The translations under genes were made by a program, and so were the position numbers. Below the pieces are notes generated by a model, which was not told where the DNA came from, ran no database searches, and saw nothing but the letters and a program-made list of their open reading frames with translations. Source: Chrysomallon squamiferum (taxonomy: Eukaryota; Animalia; Mollusca). From it: a DNA stretch of 64,000 nt. This document shows, piece by piece, positions 29,498 to 41,197 of this stretch (its first letter is position 1; each line of letters begins with the position of its first letter). The stretch covers positions 3,844,001 through 3,908,000 of the forward strand of contig CM022677.1 of NCBI GenBank assembly GCA_012295275.1. Reading direction: 5' to 3'.

Positions 29498-29744
29498 TTA
29501 ACATGGTCGAATTTTCCTTAAATTTTGCTTCAGTGAATAGTAATAGCCTCTCCATGGCCTCCAGTTGATTCCTTCACCAAAGAGTTGATTGCTTCCGCTG
29601 AGGTACAGACCGTTTAGACTGGCACAGTGACATTTAGTGTACACCAGCCTCTCTTAGACGTGAATAGCGCATCATTGTCGTTTGTAGAGAATCTCATTTC
29701 GTTGAGTACAGCACGGTCTTGTATAGGGTTGATGAAAGCGTCAC
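29498..29744 (-). pseudogene. Fibrinogen-related domain (FReD; ficolin/tachylectin/FREP-like) terminal exon
   Basis: TTTTCAG acceptor, then GDAF...NEMRFSTNDND...GW[shift]YTKCHCASLNGLYLSG...GINWRPWRGYYYSLKQNLRKIRPC*. One base is missing at WWY and the NCA segment is absent. Not represented in the ORF track. Confidence 0.85.
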
Positions 29745-29893
29745 CTGAAAATGTAATTACTTACACTGATTCCATTAAATATAACATTCAAAAATCATTT
29801 AATTTTTTAGTTTTCTGTTAAACAAGCCGTTATAGTGTTGTATTTACATATATAAATATATAGTTTTATACTGATATCTAAATATATTGGTTA

Positions 29894-29931
<38 letters not shown>

Positions 29932-30167
29932 GAATAATTGAAATGTAAAAGTGCACATGTAATTATATTGTTTCATTTATTTATATATTATTTTATTTTG
30001 CTTATAAATCTATTAGTTTCCTCTACATATCTAAATATATTTGTATCTATTATTTTAACTACACATATGGTTATATTAATTTCGTTATTCATAAAAATAC
30101 ACTCTTTTATTTTCGCCTATAAATATATTCTTTTGTATGGATATGTAAATATAATTTACACACATTC

Positions 30168-30920
30168 ATAATTATCTCTACACAGTCAGAGATAACACTT
30201 TCTGAAATAATAATAACTTTAATTATCTCTACACAGTCAGAGATAACACTTTCTGAAATAATAATAACTTTAATTATCTCTACACAGTCAGAGATAACAC
30301 TTTCTGAAATAATAATAACTTTAATTATCTCTACACAGTCAGAGTGAACACTTTCTGAAATAACTTTAATAACTTTAATTATAACTTTAATTATCTCTAC
30401 ACAGTCAGTGAACACTCTCTGAACTTTAATTTTCTGAAATGAAATAATAACTTTAATTATCTCTACACAGTCAGAGATAACACTTTCTGAAATAATAATA
30501 ACTTTAATTATCTCTACACAGTCAGAGTGAACACTCTGAAATAATAATAACTTTATTTATCTCTACACAGTCAGAGGAAATACTTTCTGAAATAATAATA
30601 ACTTTAATTATCTCTACAGTCAGAGGAAATACTTTCTGAAATAATAATAACTTTAATTATCTCTACACAGTCAGCGATAACACTTTCTGAAATAATAATA
30701 ACTTTATTTATCTCTACACAGTCAGAGGAAATACTTTCTGTGACAGCAATGAAATTAAATATTTCTACACAGCTAGACGGAACACTTTCTGTAGAAATAA
30801 TAATCATAATATCTACACAAAGACAGGGAACACTTTCTGTGACAATATTAACATGATTTATCTCTACACAGTCAGACGAAACACTTTCTTTAACAATAAC
30901 ATCAGTTATCTCTGCAACAA
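30168..30920. repeat. 51-bp minisatellite with a divergence gradient
   Basis: Unit ATTATCTCTACACAGTCAGAGATAACACTTTCTGAAATAATAATAACTTTA; copies are more diverged toward 30920. Confidence 0.9.
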
Positions 30921-31216
30921 CTCTCAGGCCATATAAAAAAATAATTACCACATACATACATACATACATATATATATTATAGGATATTTTTTTTTTTAAA
31001 ACAAAATATAAGATGCTCTTTTTTTAAACTAAGTATAGAATAATTAAAAAAAAAAAAAAAAAAAAAAGGATATTCTTTTTTAAACAAAGAGTATTCTTTT
31101 TTGAAGAAAGGATTTTCTCTTTTAAACGATATATAAACTGACTGTTAGCTAAGTGTAATCTGTTGATTCTGCACACACAAGTCTGACTGAGTGGTATTTC
31201 GAGTAACGTCCCAGAG

Positions 31217-32600
31217 CTGTTGTTACAGGAGCCAGACAGTCACTGGAAGCAACCCAGCCAGAGACAGAAGTTTAAAAAAGATGGATTTGCCAATCATTAC
31301 CTGAATGAAATCAGCTGAAAACCTTATTACTTGCTTATTACCTGTTGTTACAGGAGCCAGACAGTCACTGGAAGCAACCCAGCCAGAGACAGAAGTTTAA
31401 AAAGATGGATTTGCCAATCATTACCTGAATGAAATCAGCTGAAAACCTTGAAAACCTTGCTTATTACCTGTTGTTACAGGAGCCAGACAGTCACTGGAAA
31501 CCCTTTTAAAAAGATGGATTTGCCAATCATTACCTTGAAAAACCTGTTGTTACAGGAGCCAGACAGTCACTGGAAGCAACCCAGCCAGAGACAGAAGTTG
31601 ATTTCAAAAAGAAAACCTTATTGGATTACCTGTTGTTGCAGGAGCCAATCAGCAACCTGAAAGAAAGTTTAAAAAAATGGATTTGCCAATCATTACCTGA
31701 ATGAAATCAGCTGAAAACCTTATTACTTGCTTATTACCTGTTGTTACAGGAGCCAGACAGTCACTGGAAGCAACCCAGCCAGAGACAGAAGTTTAAAAAA
31801 GATGGATTTGCCAATCATTACCTGAATGAAATCAGCTGAAAACCTTATTACTTGCTTATTACCTGTTGTTACAGGAGCCAGACAGTCACTGGAAGCAACC
31901 CAGCCAGAGACAGAAGTTTCAAAAAGATGGATTTGCCAATCATTACCTGAAAGAAATCAGCTGAAAACCTTATTACTTGCTTATTACCTGTTGTTACAGG
32001 AGCCAGACAGTCACTGGAAGCAACCCAGCCAGAGACAGAAGTTTCAAAAAGATGGATTTGCCAATCATTACCTGAAAGAAATCAGCTGAAAACCTTATTA
32101 CTTGCTTATTACCTGTTGTTACAGGAGCCAGACAGTCACTGGAAGCAACCCAGCCAGAGACAGAAGTTTCAAAAAGATGGATTCGCCAATCATTACCTGA
32201 AAGAAATCAGCTGAAAACCTTATTACTTGCTTATTACCTGTTGTTACAGGAGCCAGACAGTCACTGGAAGCAACCCAGCCAGAGACAGAAGTTTCAAAAA
32301 AGATGGATTTGCCAATCATTACCTGAAAGAAATCAGCTGAAAACCTTATTACTTGCTTATTACCTGTTGTTACAGGAGCCAGACAGTCACTGGAAGCAAC
32401 CCAGCCAGAGACAGAAGTTTCAAAAAGATGGATTTGCCAATCATTACCTGAAAGAAATCAGCTGAAAACCTTATTACTTGCTTATTACCTGTTGTTACAG
32501 GAGCCAGACAGTCACTGGAAGCAACCCAGCCAGAGACAGAAGTTTCAAAAAGATGGATTTGCCAATCATTACCTGAAAGAAATCTGCTGAAAACCTTATT
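31217..32600. repeat. 125-bp tandem repeat, about 11 copies
   Basis: Unit CTGTTGTTACAGGAGCCAGACAGTCACTGG...AAAACCTTATTACTTGCTTATTAC, period 31863 to 31988. Confidence 0.95.
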
Positions 32601-33233
32601 TCTTGCTGAACGTTTCATAAGTCATTATAAAACTGATTTTATTTACGAACAAGGATAATTTGATCTAACAATTAGAGTTTGTTTCTTAGTTTTCCATCAC
32701 TCTAGTCTACAATGTAAAACACTGGCTTATTCCAACACAGAGTTACCAGAGGAAACATTTTTTTATTTTCAGATTAGCAGTAAGCACTGCTTGATATTCA
32801 CATCACCATAGCTGTGTGTGTATGTAGATAGGTAGATAGATAGATAAATGTAATATAATCCTTTGATAAATTTTTCTCTGCAAACCATACTTCATTAGAT
32901 ACTTCTTTTCAAGTAATAGTCAAGAACTTCTTTACAAATAATAGTCACATGCGTATGTACAAATAATAGTCACGTCGGGGCGAGTGTGGCAAAAACGTTT
33001 CCAACATTTACAAAAGGTGCTGCACCTTTTGAAAATGCGTGTGAAAAAAAAAACGAGCAAATTTTCAAAATATGTGCGGTTTTTGTGTTCCCCTTGGGTT
33101 GGCCGAGCGGCACTTTTCACCCGTGTCGGGCAACCCTTGCCCCACTTTTGGATATGTGCGCCCCATTTTTGCCACGTGAGGAGAAAAAGTTAATCTACTT
33201 TCAAAAAGGTACCCCTCGCATTTTCAACGAAAC

Positions 33234-33765
33234 TTGAAAATATTTAGCTGATACAGACAACCCGCGTTACAGCTGTCAGCATGTGACAAAGTTACAGCAT
33301 AAATTTACGAAACTTGAAAATATTTAGCTGATACAGACAACCCGCGTGTTACAGTTGTCAGCATGTGACAAAGTTACAGCATAAATTTAGCCGTGTTGAA
33401 AATATTTAGCTGATACAGACAACCCGCGTGTTACAGTTGTCAGCATGTGACAAAGTTACAGCATAAATTTAGCCGTGTTGAAAATATTTAGCTGCTACAG
33501 ACAACCCGCGTTACAGCTGTCAGCATGTGACAAAGTTACAGCATAAATTTAGCCGTGTTGAAAATATTTAGCTGATACAGACTACCCGCGTGTTACAGTT
33601 GTCAGCATGTGACAAAGTTACAGCATAAATTTAGCCGTGTTGAAAATATTTAGCTGATACAGACAACCCGCGTGTTACAGTTGTCAGCATGTGACAAAGT
33701 TACAGCATAAATTTAGCCGTGTTGAAAATATTTAGTTGATACAGACAACCCGCGTTACAGTTGTC
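33234..33765. repeat. 80-82-bp tandem repeat, about 6.5 copies
   Basis: Unit TTGAAAATATTTAGCTGATACAGACAACCCGCGTGTTACAG...TTTAGCCGTG. Confidence 0.95.
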
Positions 33766-34829
33766 GTCTGACACTCGCATAACGTAAAGTACAGATGACA
33801 TTTGACCTCAAGTACATCCGGTAACTCACGAACAACAGATACCGTTTAAAAATAATCCTGTTTCACTGCACAGTAAAATAAATGTTCAAAATGACAGATG
33901 CAAAATAACATCAAACTCGTTTTATTTAGAAATGATACGTAATTTTGTTTTTAATAGTTTTTAGCTACATTTTAAAATATTAAAATTATCTCGATTTGTA
34001 TTACATCAACTCTTTATATTAGACCAGTAAGCCAGTGATAAAATGATAATTCAAATAAAAAAATAATAATACAAAAATTAAATAAATAAACAAAATTTCT
34101 CTACCATACAAAAGAACAGGAAAAACCATGCAGTCAAATTATTTTAGTTGGCAGTGGATGCAATTATTATGACATTTTCCTTGTCGTAGAATGAACTGCA
34201 CAGCTTTCTGTGCTTGTGTATATAACATGTTTCTTGACTTAGTAAATTTATTCGATTTGTGAAAAATAATACCGATATATTTCTAAGTTTCTGCATTCTC
34301 AAGCTTTGAATTTTCAACATAAAACACTTTCTAGTAATCTTTGTGGTTGCCATTACAAATTAAGACATTACAGTTATTATTATTATTATTAGTTGTTTTA
34401 AAATTAACTGGTATTTTAGGTTCTGTAATTTTGAGATGTATTATTGGTTAGAGTTGAGGGTGTGGCTCAGTGGTCAGAGGAAAGTAGTGTCTGGCGCATT
34501 TATCCTTCTCAAAGTCAGATCCACGATTACTTTACGCTATATTAAAATATTTTATTATTTCTATTAATTCTCTGAGCCGTCGTAACGGAGTTGTTTCTGA
34601 TGTTATAAATGAACTTCTCATTGCTGTTTAGAGCTCTTTATTAACAACTGCTTTCTTAATGTGAACATTTCAAAATATATTACTATTATTATTTCTATTA
34701 TTGCCAAAGTCATTGCCGTCGTACCGATAATAATGCAAACAAAGTAATAATGCAAACAAAGTAATCATGCAAACAAAGGTACATTTTCCCAATACTAAGA
34801 GACAAAAATATCAGTAACATATGTAGAGT

Positions 34830-35900
34830 TTAGACTGAGTGGTAACGTTTGTAGACACTAGCTCTGTGGTTTGCATCAAGAATAGGAGCTAAAATTTTTT
34901 CACTTTTCTTTATTCTTCGTCTGAAATGCTTTCTGTCTCTGGCAAATTGTTGCCATGGTCCTTTTCTGCTGGACTGGTATGCGTAACGCCACACAATCAT
35001 AGGGTGTACAGTGACAAGTTTGTCTTCACTGAAACGTACCTTCTTGCACTGTTTACTGCGAGACTGAGCTGCAGCACGTGTAGTTGTCTGTTGATTCCAG
35101 GCCAAGTTGACTGCGTCAATGCTAGGTGTGCTGCTGCTAGGAGACCCAGGTGACACTGGGGTGTGGCTGTTAAGACTGCACTGAGGGGTGGTTGCTTCTA
35201 CGTCACTGAACTCCCAGCTGTCATCTTCACTAAAACGGTTACTCCAGTAGCTAGGTGTGGAATGTAATCCTAAGATGGTATCTATGGTGCTGCTTCCAAA
35301 CTGTTTTTTACAACATTCGTTTTGGCACTTTGATGATGCTTTGCAGCAGGACTGAGAATTTTTGTTGTCAATATCACAACCATCAGCAGACTTGGTCGAT
35401 GAATCGGACAACTTAGTTTTTTGACGTCGTCTTTTCCTCTGCTTTTCAGCTGAGTGTCTGCCCTTCTTGCGCTTTCTTCTAACTGAGAGGATGTCACTGA
35501 CGTCTGTCACTTGAGCAGCCGCTCTCTGAGATTTACCTTCAGCTTTGCAAGTACTAACATTATCCAGTTTTATTCCAGTGACTCCTGTGACAAGAGAATT
35601 CACAGATTTGTCAAATTCAGCATCTCTAACATCTGCCATGCAGTTCATTGATGCCACCTCCAGTTCTGAGCAAGAACTCGACTTTGTTTTCTTTTTACCA
35701 CTTTGTATCTGTGAGCCTGTTTTACCAGTTTTTCCTTTTTTCATTTCATCGAGCTGATTGTCTGTGTTGTCATGTGGATCATTGTCCACAGCACAAACCT
35801 GACTAGATGAACATCTGTCTGTACACAATACATCGTCTTTTCTCTTTTTACAAGCTGTCTTGTCACCGTGCTGCAGGTTTGAACACAAATTCCTTCGCAT
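34830..35900 (-). CDS. PPP1R15: Protein phosphatase 1 regulatory subunit 15 (GADD34/CReP-like), 356 aa, intact
   Basis: C-terminal KKVRF (RVxF PP1-docking motif) followed by VHPMIVW...RKGPWQQFARDRKHFRRRI...ILAPIL, the PPP1R15/ICP34.5/DP71L signature. Confidence 0.92.
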   Translation of the reverse strand: MRRNLCSNLQHGDKTACKKRKDDVLCTDRCSSSQVCAVDNDPHDNTDNQLDEMKKGKTGKTGSQIQSGKKKTKSSSCSELEVASMNCMADVRDAEFDKSVNSLVTGVTGIKLDNVSTCKAEGKSQRAAAQVTDVSDILSVRRKRKKGRHSAEKQRKRRRQKTKLSDSSTKSADGCDIDNKNSQSCCKASSKCQNECCKKQFGSSTIDTILGLHSTPSYWSNRFSEDDSWEFSDVEATTPQCSLNSHTPVSPGSPSSSTPSIDAVNLAWNQQTTTRAAAQSRSKQCKKVRFSEDKLVTVHPMIVWRYAYQSSRKGPWQQFARDRKHFRRRIKKSEKILAPILDANHRASVYKRYHSV

Positions 35901-35940
35901 TTTTCTTCTGAAAGGTTAATGAAGTCCTTCTAAACACCCA

Positions 35941-36400
35941 GCTGTTTCAATACCAATCTGAAATACAGACAGATGAAACGGTATTTAAACTGCCACTTGT
36001 TTCAATACCAGTCTGAAATAAAGACAGATGGAACTGTATTTAAACTGCCACTTGTTTCAATACCAATCTGAAATAAAGATAGATGGAACTGTATTTAAAC
36101 TGCCACTTGTTTCAATACCAGTCTGAAATAAAGAGAGATGAAACTGTATTTGAACTGCCACCTGTTTCAATACCAATCTGAAATACAGATAGATGAAACT
36201 GTATTTGAACTGCCAGCTGTTTCAATACCAATCTGAAATAAAGACAGATGAAACTGTATTTAAACTGCCACTTGTTTCAATACCAATCTGAAATACAGAC
36301 AGATGAAACTGTATTTACTTGTTTCAATACCAATCTGAAATAAAGACAGATGAAACTGTATTTAAACTGCAGATGGAACACTTGTTTCAATACCAGTCTT
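35941..36400. repeat. 55-bp tandem repeat, about 8 copies, spanning a minus-strand splice acceptor
   Basis: Unit TTTCAATACCAATCTGAAATACAGACAGATGAAACTGTATTTAAACTGCCACTTG; its reverse complement contains TCTGTATTTCAG|ATTGG. Confidence 0.92.
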
Positions 36401-36887
36401 GAAACACCGACTGCCTTGTATTATTATTTTTTTTTATTGATTTATCATTATTACTATTATTATTACTATTATTATTATTATTATTATTTTTAATTATTAT
36501 TATTATTGTTTCGTTTCGTTTTTTTCCCCCTATTAAAATATGGTTTTTATTACTTTCCAATATGACTGGTGAAAATTAATTATTGTTCAACTTTTTATAA
36601 AGTCCTGACATGGCACTTTCATCCTGTATCAATAACTTAACATTGAAAGAAAACTAATGAATATATTGTGATAAACTTTACCTACAAATATCTGTAAATA
36701 TCCATGTTTAGTACGCGTTTAGAGAGAAGGAACCTTCGAAGTTTAACATAAAATACTCTGCAGACAACTTTAAGCAGTAGAAGTTTGACGAAAACTCGTT
36801 CTATTTTCTAAATTCAGCATCCAAGTGACAAATGTCATATTGCGAAACGATTACAGTAAACAGAAATTGAAGGAATATTATTTTTAA

Positions 36888-37030
36888 ACTTACCGTGTCC
36901 GCCATCTTGACCACGTGAGTCAGGCGTGCACGCGATTCCTTTGATGTCAGTTTTAACCGACCAGACAGTCAACGCCATCTGTTTACGTCTTTAAAAAAAA
37001 CAAAAAACATTTACAACTCGACGTCACGCT
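36888..37030 (-). promoter_or_regulatory. Likely PPP1R15 promoter/first exon with upstream ATG
   Basis: Minus strand reads TGACTCACGTGGTCAAGATGGCGGACACG|GTAAGT: AP-1 and E-box motifs, a CAAGATGGCGG (YY1/Kozak-like) element and a perfect donor. CRE-like TGATGTCA and GACGTCA lie further upstream. Confidence 0.55.
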
Positions 37031-37569
37031 AGCACTGATTTTAAAACAATAAAAGTTAATAATATTCCGTTATTTATTTATTTATTTATTTATTTATTTT
37101 TCATGTTTATTTTTTAGATAACATGTTTATTTATTTATTTCTCGTCTTTATTGTTTTAAACTTTAAGCAAACTTTTGCTTTATTAAAAACAGTGTTTATG
37201 CGCTTGAACCTTCCCTTGAAGTATTTGTCAGCTGCGTCGTTTCTTTATTTTAATTCTTATTAAATATCTATTTTTCATTTTTATACGTGTATATTTTTTT
37301 ATGTTTTTTTTTTTTAGATTATTTTTTAGATTTTATCTTATTTGCTTACTTATTTGTTTGTTTATTTGTTTATTTATTTATTTGGTTGTTTGTTTGTTTG
37401 TTTGGCTCTTTTACAATAAATCTGATAAACATAATCAAGTGGAAATAATTAAATTTAACGTTACATTTTAATTCTAATTAATATTAATTATTAAATTAAT
37501 TTACCTAGTAATGGCATTGCTACTTTAATTACCTCCACCACTACACTAGTACTACTGCCAATAATACTT

Positions 37570-37670
37570 CTGACACTACTTCTAACACTACTTCTAACAC
37601 TACTCCTAACACTACTCCTGACACTACTTCTAACACTACTCCTGACACTACTTCTAACACTACTTCTAAC
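37570..37670. repeat. 12-bp tandem repeat
   Basis: ACACTACT[T/C]CT[A/G] units. Confidence 0.85.
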
Positions 37671-39276
37671 ATTTATCTCTGTTAAATTTATTTTAGTTTA
37701 TAAATAAAATCAGAAATCAACTTGGAATTATTTTTGTATCGTATACTTTTTATTTGAATTTGGAAGCATATTTAAAAACACATTTTGAAGTAGAAAAGTG
37801 TTGTTTTGTTCCCCCACCGACTACCGAGAATTCTTAGCCAATCGGATTTTCAGAATCGTAGACTATTGTTGACTCTAAGCCAATCAGAAGAGAGACTGCA
37901 CTGCTATTAATCCAGTATCTGCGATCTGAAAAAATTATAATGAATACTGATGTTCCTGAAAGCAAAATTTAATAATACTTTCAAAATTATCCACATTTAT
38001 TTATTTATTCTATTATTATTATTATTATTATCATTATCATTCTTCTTATTATTTATTTATTTATTTTTATTATTATTTATTTATTATATTTTTAAAGTAC
38101 GTGTATTTAAGAAAACATTTACTGTGATATTTGTGAGAATATATGTGTGTGTGTGTGTGGAGGTGTGTATATATAATTATTTGTGTATATGTATGTGTAT
38201 AATATATATGTGTGTGTGTTACATAAAAGCATTGATATTTACCAATAATCCTCTGCAATACACAAACTGGCTACACCCTGGTGCCCACTCCAGAAAGGTG
38301 TTGAATTAGAAACAATAAAATGTGTGTAATCAGGAGACTAAAGTTAGTGAAAAGCACAGGTGTGATGAGTCGGATATTTGAAACAGAAACAAAAAAGTTT
38401 TCTTAGCTTTGTCTTTGCTGTGATTTGACTGCAAACAAAAATTACCTGACCATTGTTGATAGTTTCTCTGATGGAGTTAATCAACACTTGAATGGCGTGT
38501 TTCAAACAAAAACTAACGAAGTTTTAGAAATCTATATATAGATATAGATGTAGATATAGATGTAGATATAGATGTATAGATATATAGATATAGATGTAGA
38601 TGTATTTGTTTATTACAGAAAATTATCAGTCAGTGCTGTCTCAAAAGTATACTAAACATCGCCATATAATAATATGTTTAATAGCACAAATATGTTTATA
38701 TTGGAAAAATTGTGTTTGTTAATAAGAACTGCATTTGAGAGAGAATGTCGTCCATGTTAAACATCCACGCATGCGCATTTTGATTTTTGTTATTATATAT
38801 GTGTAATAAATTCTTCTCTGTACTGCAATCCTGCATTCTACGAGAATAAAGTCACTTGTGATATTCACTGCCGCTGGTTGAATACACAGACGTCGTGTTT
38901 TCATTTTGACAGCCTTTTTTGTTTGGGATCAAATCTACATGGCGGACATGATTCCTGCACTTCAGTAAATAACAACCACGACGGCGGCGATGCAGGCAGA
39001 ACATCTGAAACGAAAGGGAAATCTGCCGACAGCTGTTGTTGTAACTCTCTGGGTCTGAGTGACGACAGTTTTACACGACAGTGATGATGATGATGTGACG
39101 ATGTTGATGCAAACATTGTTTGGAACTTAATTTATTTGATTAAATTAACAAAAGACAGAAATAAATATCCGCTGAAACTGACAACTGATGAACAAGTCCG
39201 TCTTCAGTGGTAGATGTATCCAACCTCAAAAGATGTCATCTCTCTCTCTATGTATGTATGTATGTATGTATGTATG

Positions 39277-39351
<75 letters not shown>

Positions 39352-40594
39352 ATAACAAAAATGAATTTTGCATTGAAAATCTGTTTTTCATAAACCCTTT
39401 TTGACAAATAGTATTTATTTATTTATTCGTTCAGTCATTTATTTTTTTTATTCAACCCTGTTATTAGGGAATTCACTCAAAACATCACACAGACATTTTT
39501 TAAATATATCATACCTTCTAGAAACAATTAGCATTTTGAATTTTGCAGCTAAAATGTGAAAAAGTGAGCCAGTAATTATGTTACATCTTGAAACAAACGT
39601 GGCACCAGAAATATCAAATTTTTCCTGTTCGTGTACATTTATGTTTCTGGTTTCAACAATTGTTATTCAACTGTTGTCAAAGAGACTATGAAAGTCAACT
39701 ATCAACATTTTATTATCCAATGTAATCACCTCGACCTTATTTGCATATAATATAGAGACACACACGCACCCATCTCTCAACACAGAAAATGAAAATAATG
39801 TATTGCTCCCGTAACATTTGAAAACAAATTTATATATAGTTGATCCCCACATGATAAAGATAAATAAGTATGTATTGTGTAAAGTATACTAAATATTATA
39901 TTTGATTTTAATAATAAAAAGTGTAACAACGTAAAACCAATAGAAGAATGAATTGTTTCTAGCCCCTACAAGTACAGTGCAACTAACAACCCAACACCCC
40001 TGTCAAATATGGAATAAATTCTCCCGCCATTTTGAAAGTGAGGAGCGGAGCGTTACATTATAGCATTGAAGGGGTCAATATTTTCATAAAATACGCCCAA
40101 TTTTTATTAAATATCAAAATACGTTTTTTAATTTTCACCTATAAATATTTTTTAATATAATCTTTGAGAAAGAAGAAAGATTAAATAGTTCTGTATTACT
40201 GGGTACATTTTACAGTGATTTCTTCGAATTTTCTCGTGCATTACCAAATGGCTGCCTATTACGTTCATTAACATAGTTAATTTGTCAGCTAAAACATTAC
40301 TAATCTATAAATAGATACAATTATGTACGTATCTATATGTTGTATATGTATGGATTTATACATGTGAGTATGTATATGCATGTGTTTGTAGTATCTATGC
40401 ATGAGGTTATGCGTGTGTGTATGTATATATATATATATATATATACACTCACATACACATACGCACACACACACATATATGCATGTATCTATATGTGTCT
40501 GTATCTCTGTGCGTGTGAATGTGTATGTTATGTTTACGTATAATCACATGTAAACTTGTATGTAGATGTTTTAATACTGCATAAACAAAGATAT

Positions 40595-40718
40595 CAGTGT
40601 AGCAGGGTACTTCCATGTTTAGTTTTTTGTGAACTCCCTTTCCACAGTACGTGCATACGAAAGGCTTGTAATTGGTGTGAGTGCGCATGTGCGTGTGCAG
40701 ATTCGAGGCTCGGTTGTA
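40595..40718 (-). pseudogene. Isolated C2H2 zinc-finger fragment (Fezf/Gfi-like)
   Basis: YNRASNLHTHMRTHTNYKPFVCTYCGKGVHKK, resembling Fezf [32 protein letters not shown]. The second finger has lost its His ligands and no flanking fingers are present. Confidence 0.7.
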
Positions 40719-41197
40719 TAATTGGTATGTATAATTACTGTGCTTTATCTAAATATTCTGTTTGAAAACAAAAAGAAATTTTCATTTATTAATGTTCATT
40801 TTCAGTCTGACAGTTTATATTTGTTGTCAAGGGAAACCCAGATTTAACATAATTTTTCAGTTTGCTGCTTTCTTTATTAGTATATATTTTCATTAAATTC
40901 CAAATATTATATTACAAAATTTCATGCAAACAAATGTCCATTTTAATGTCTTTTTTCTTCTTCTTTTTTATATTATTATCATTATGCAGTTGTTGTTGTT
41001 TTTTATGCTCGTTGCTATTCTGTTTTTTCTTTTCTTTTTTCTTTACAGTTTGTTATCATTTTATTATTATTATTATTGTAATTGTTATTATTATTATTGT
41101 TAGGTTCATATGTGTATCTTTCTTGTCAAGGACAGTGTATCATTTCACAGTATAATTTTTGCTTCCACACTTCTGTGCAACATCTCTGGGGATGGAT

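Noticed and set aside
32975-33230. Possible pogo/MITE terminal sequences (GGGGCGAG..., TTGCCCCAC)
   Set aside because: No paired terminal inverted repeat or target-site duplication could be established.
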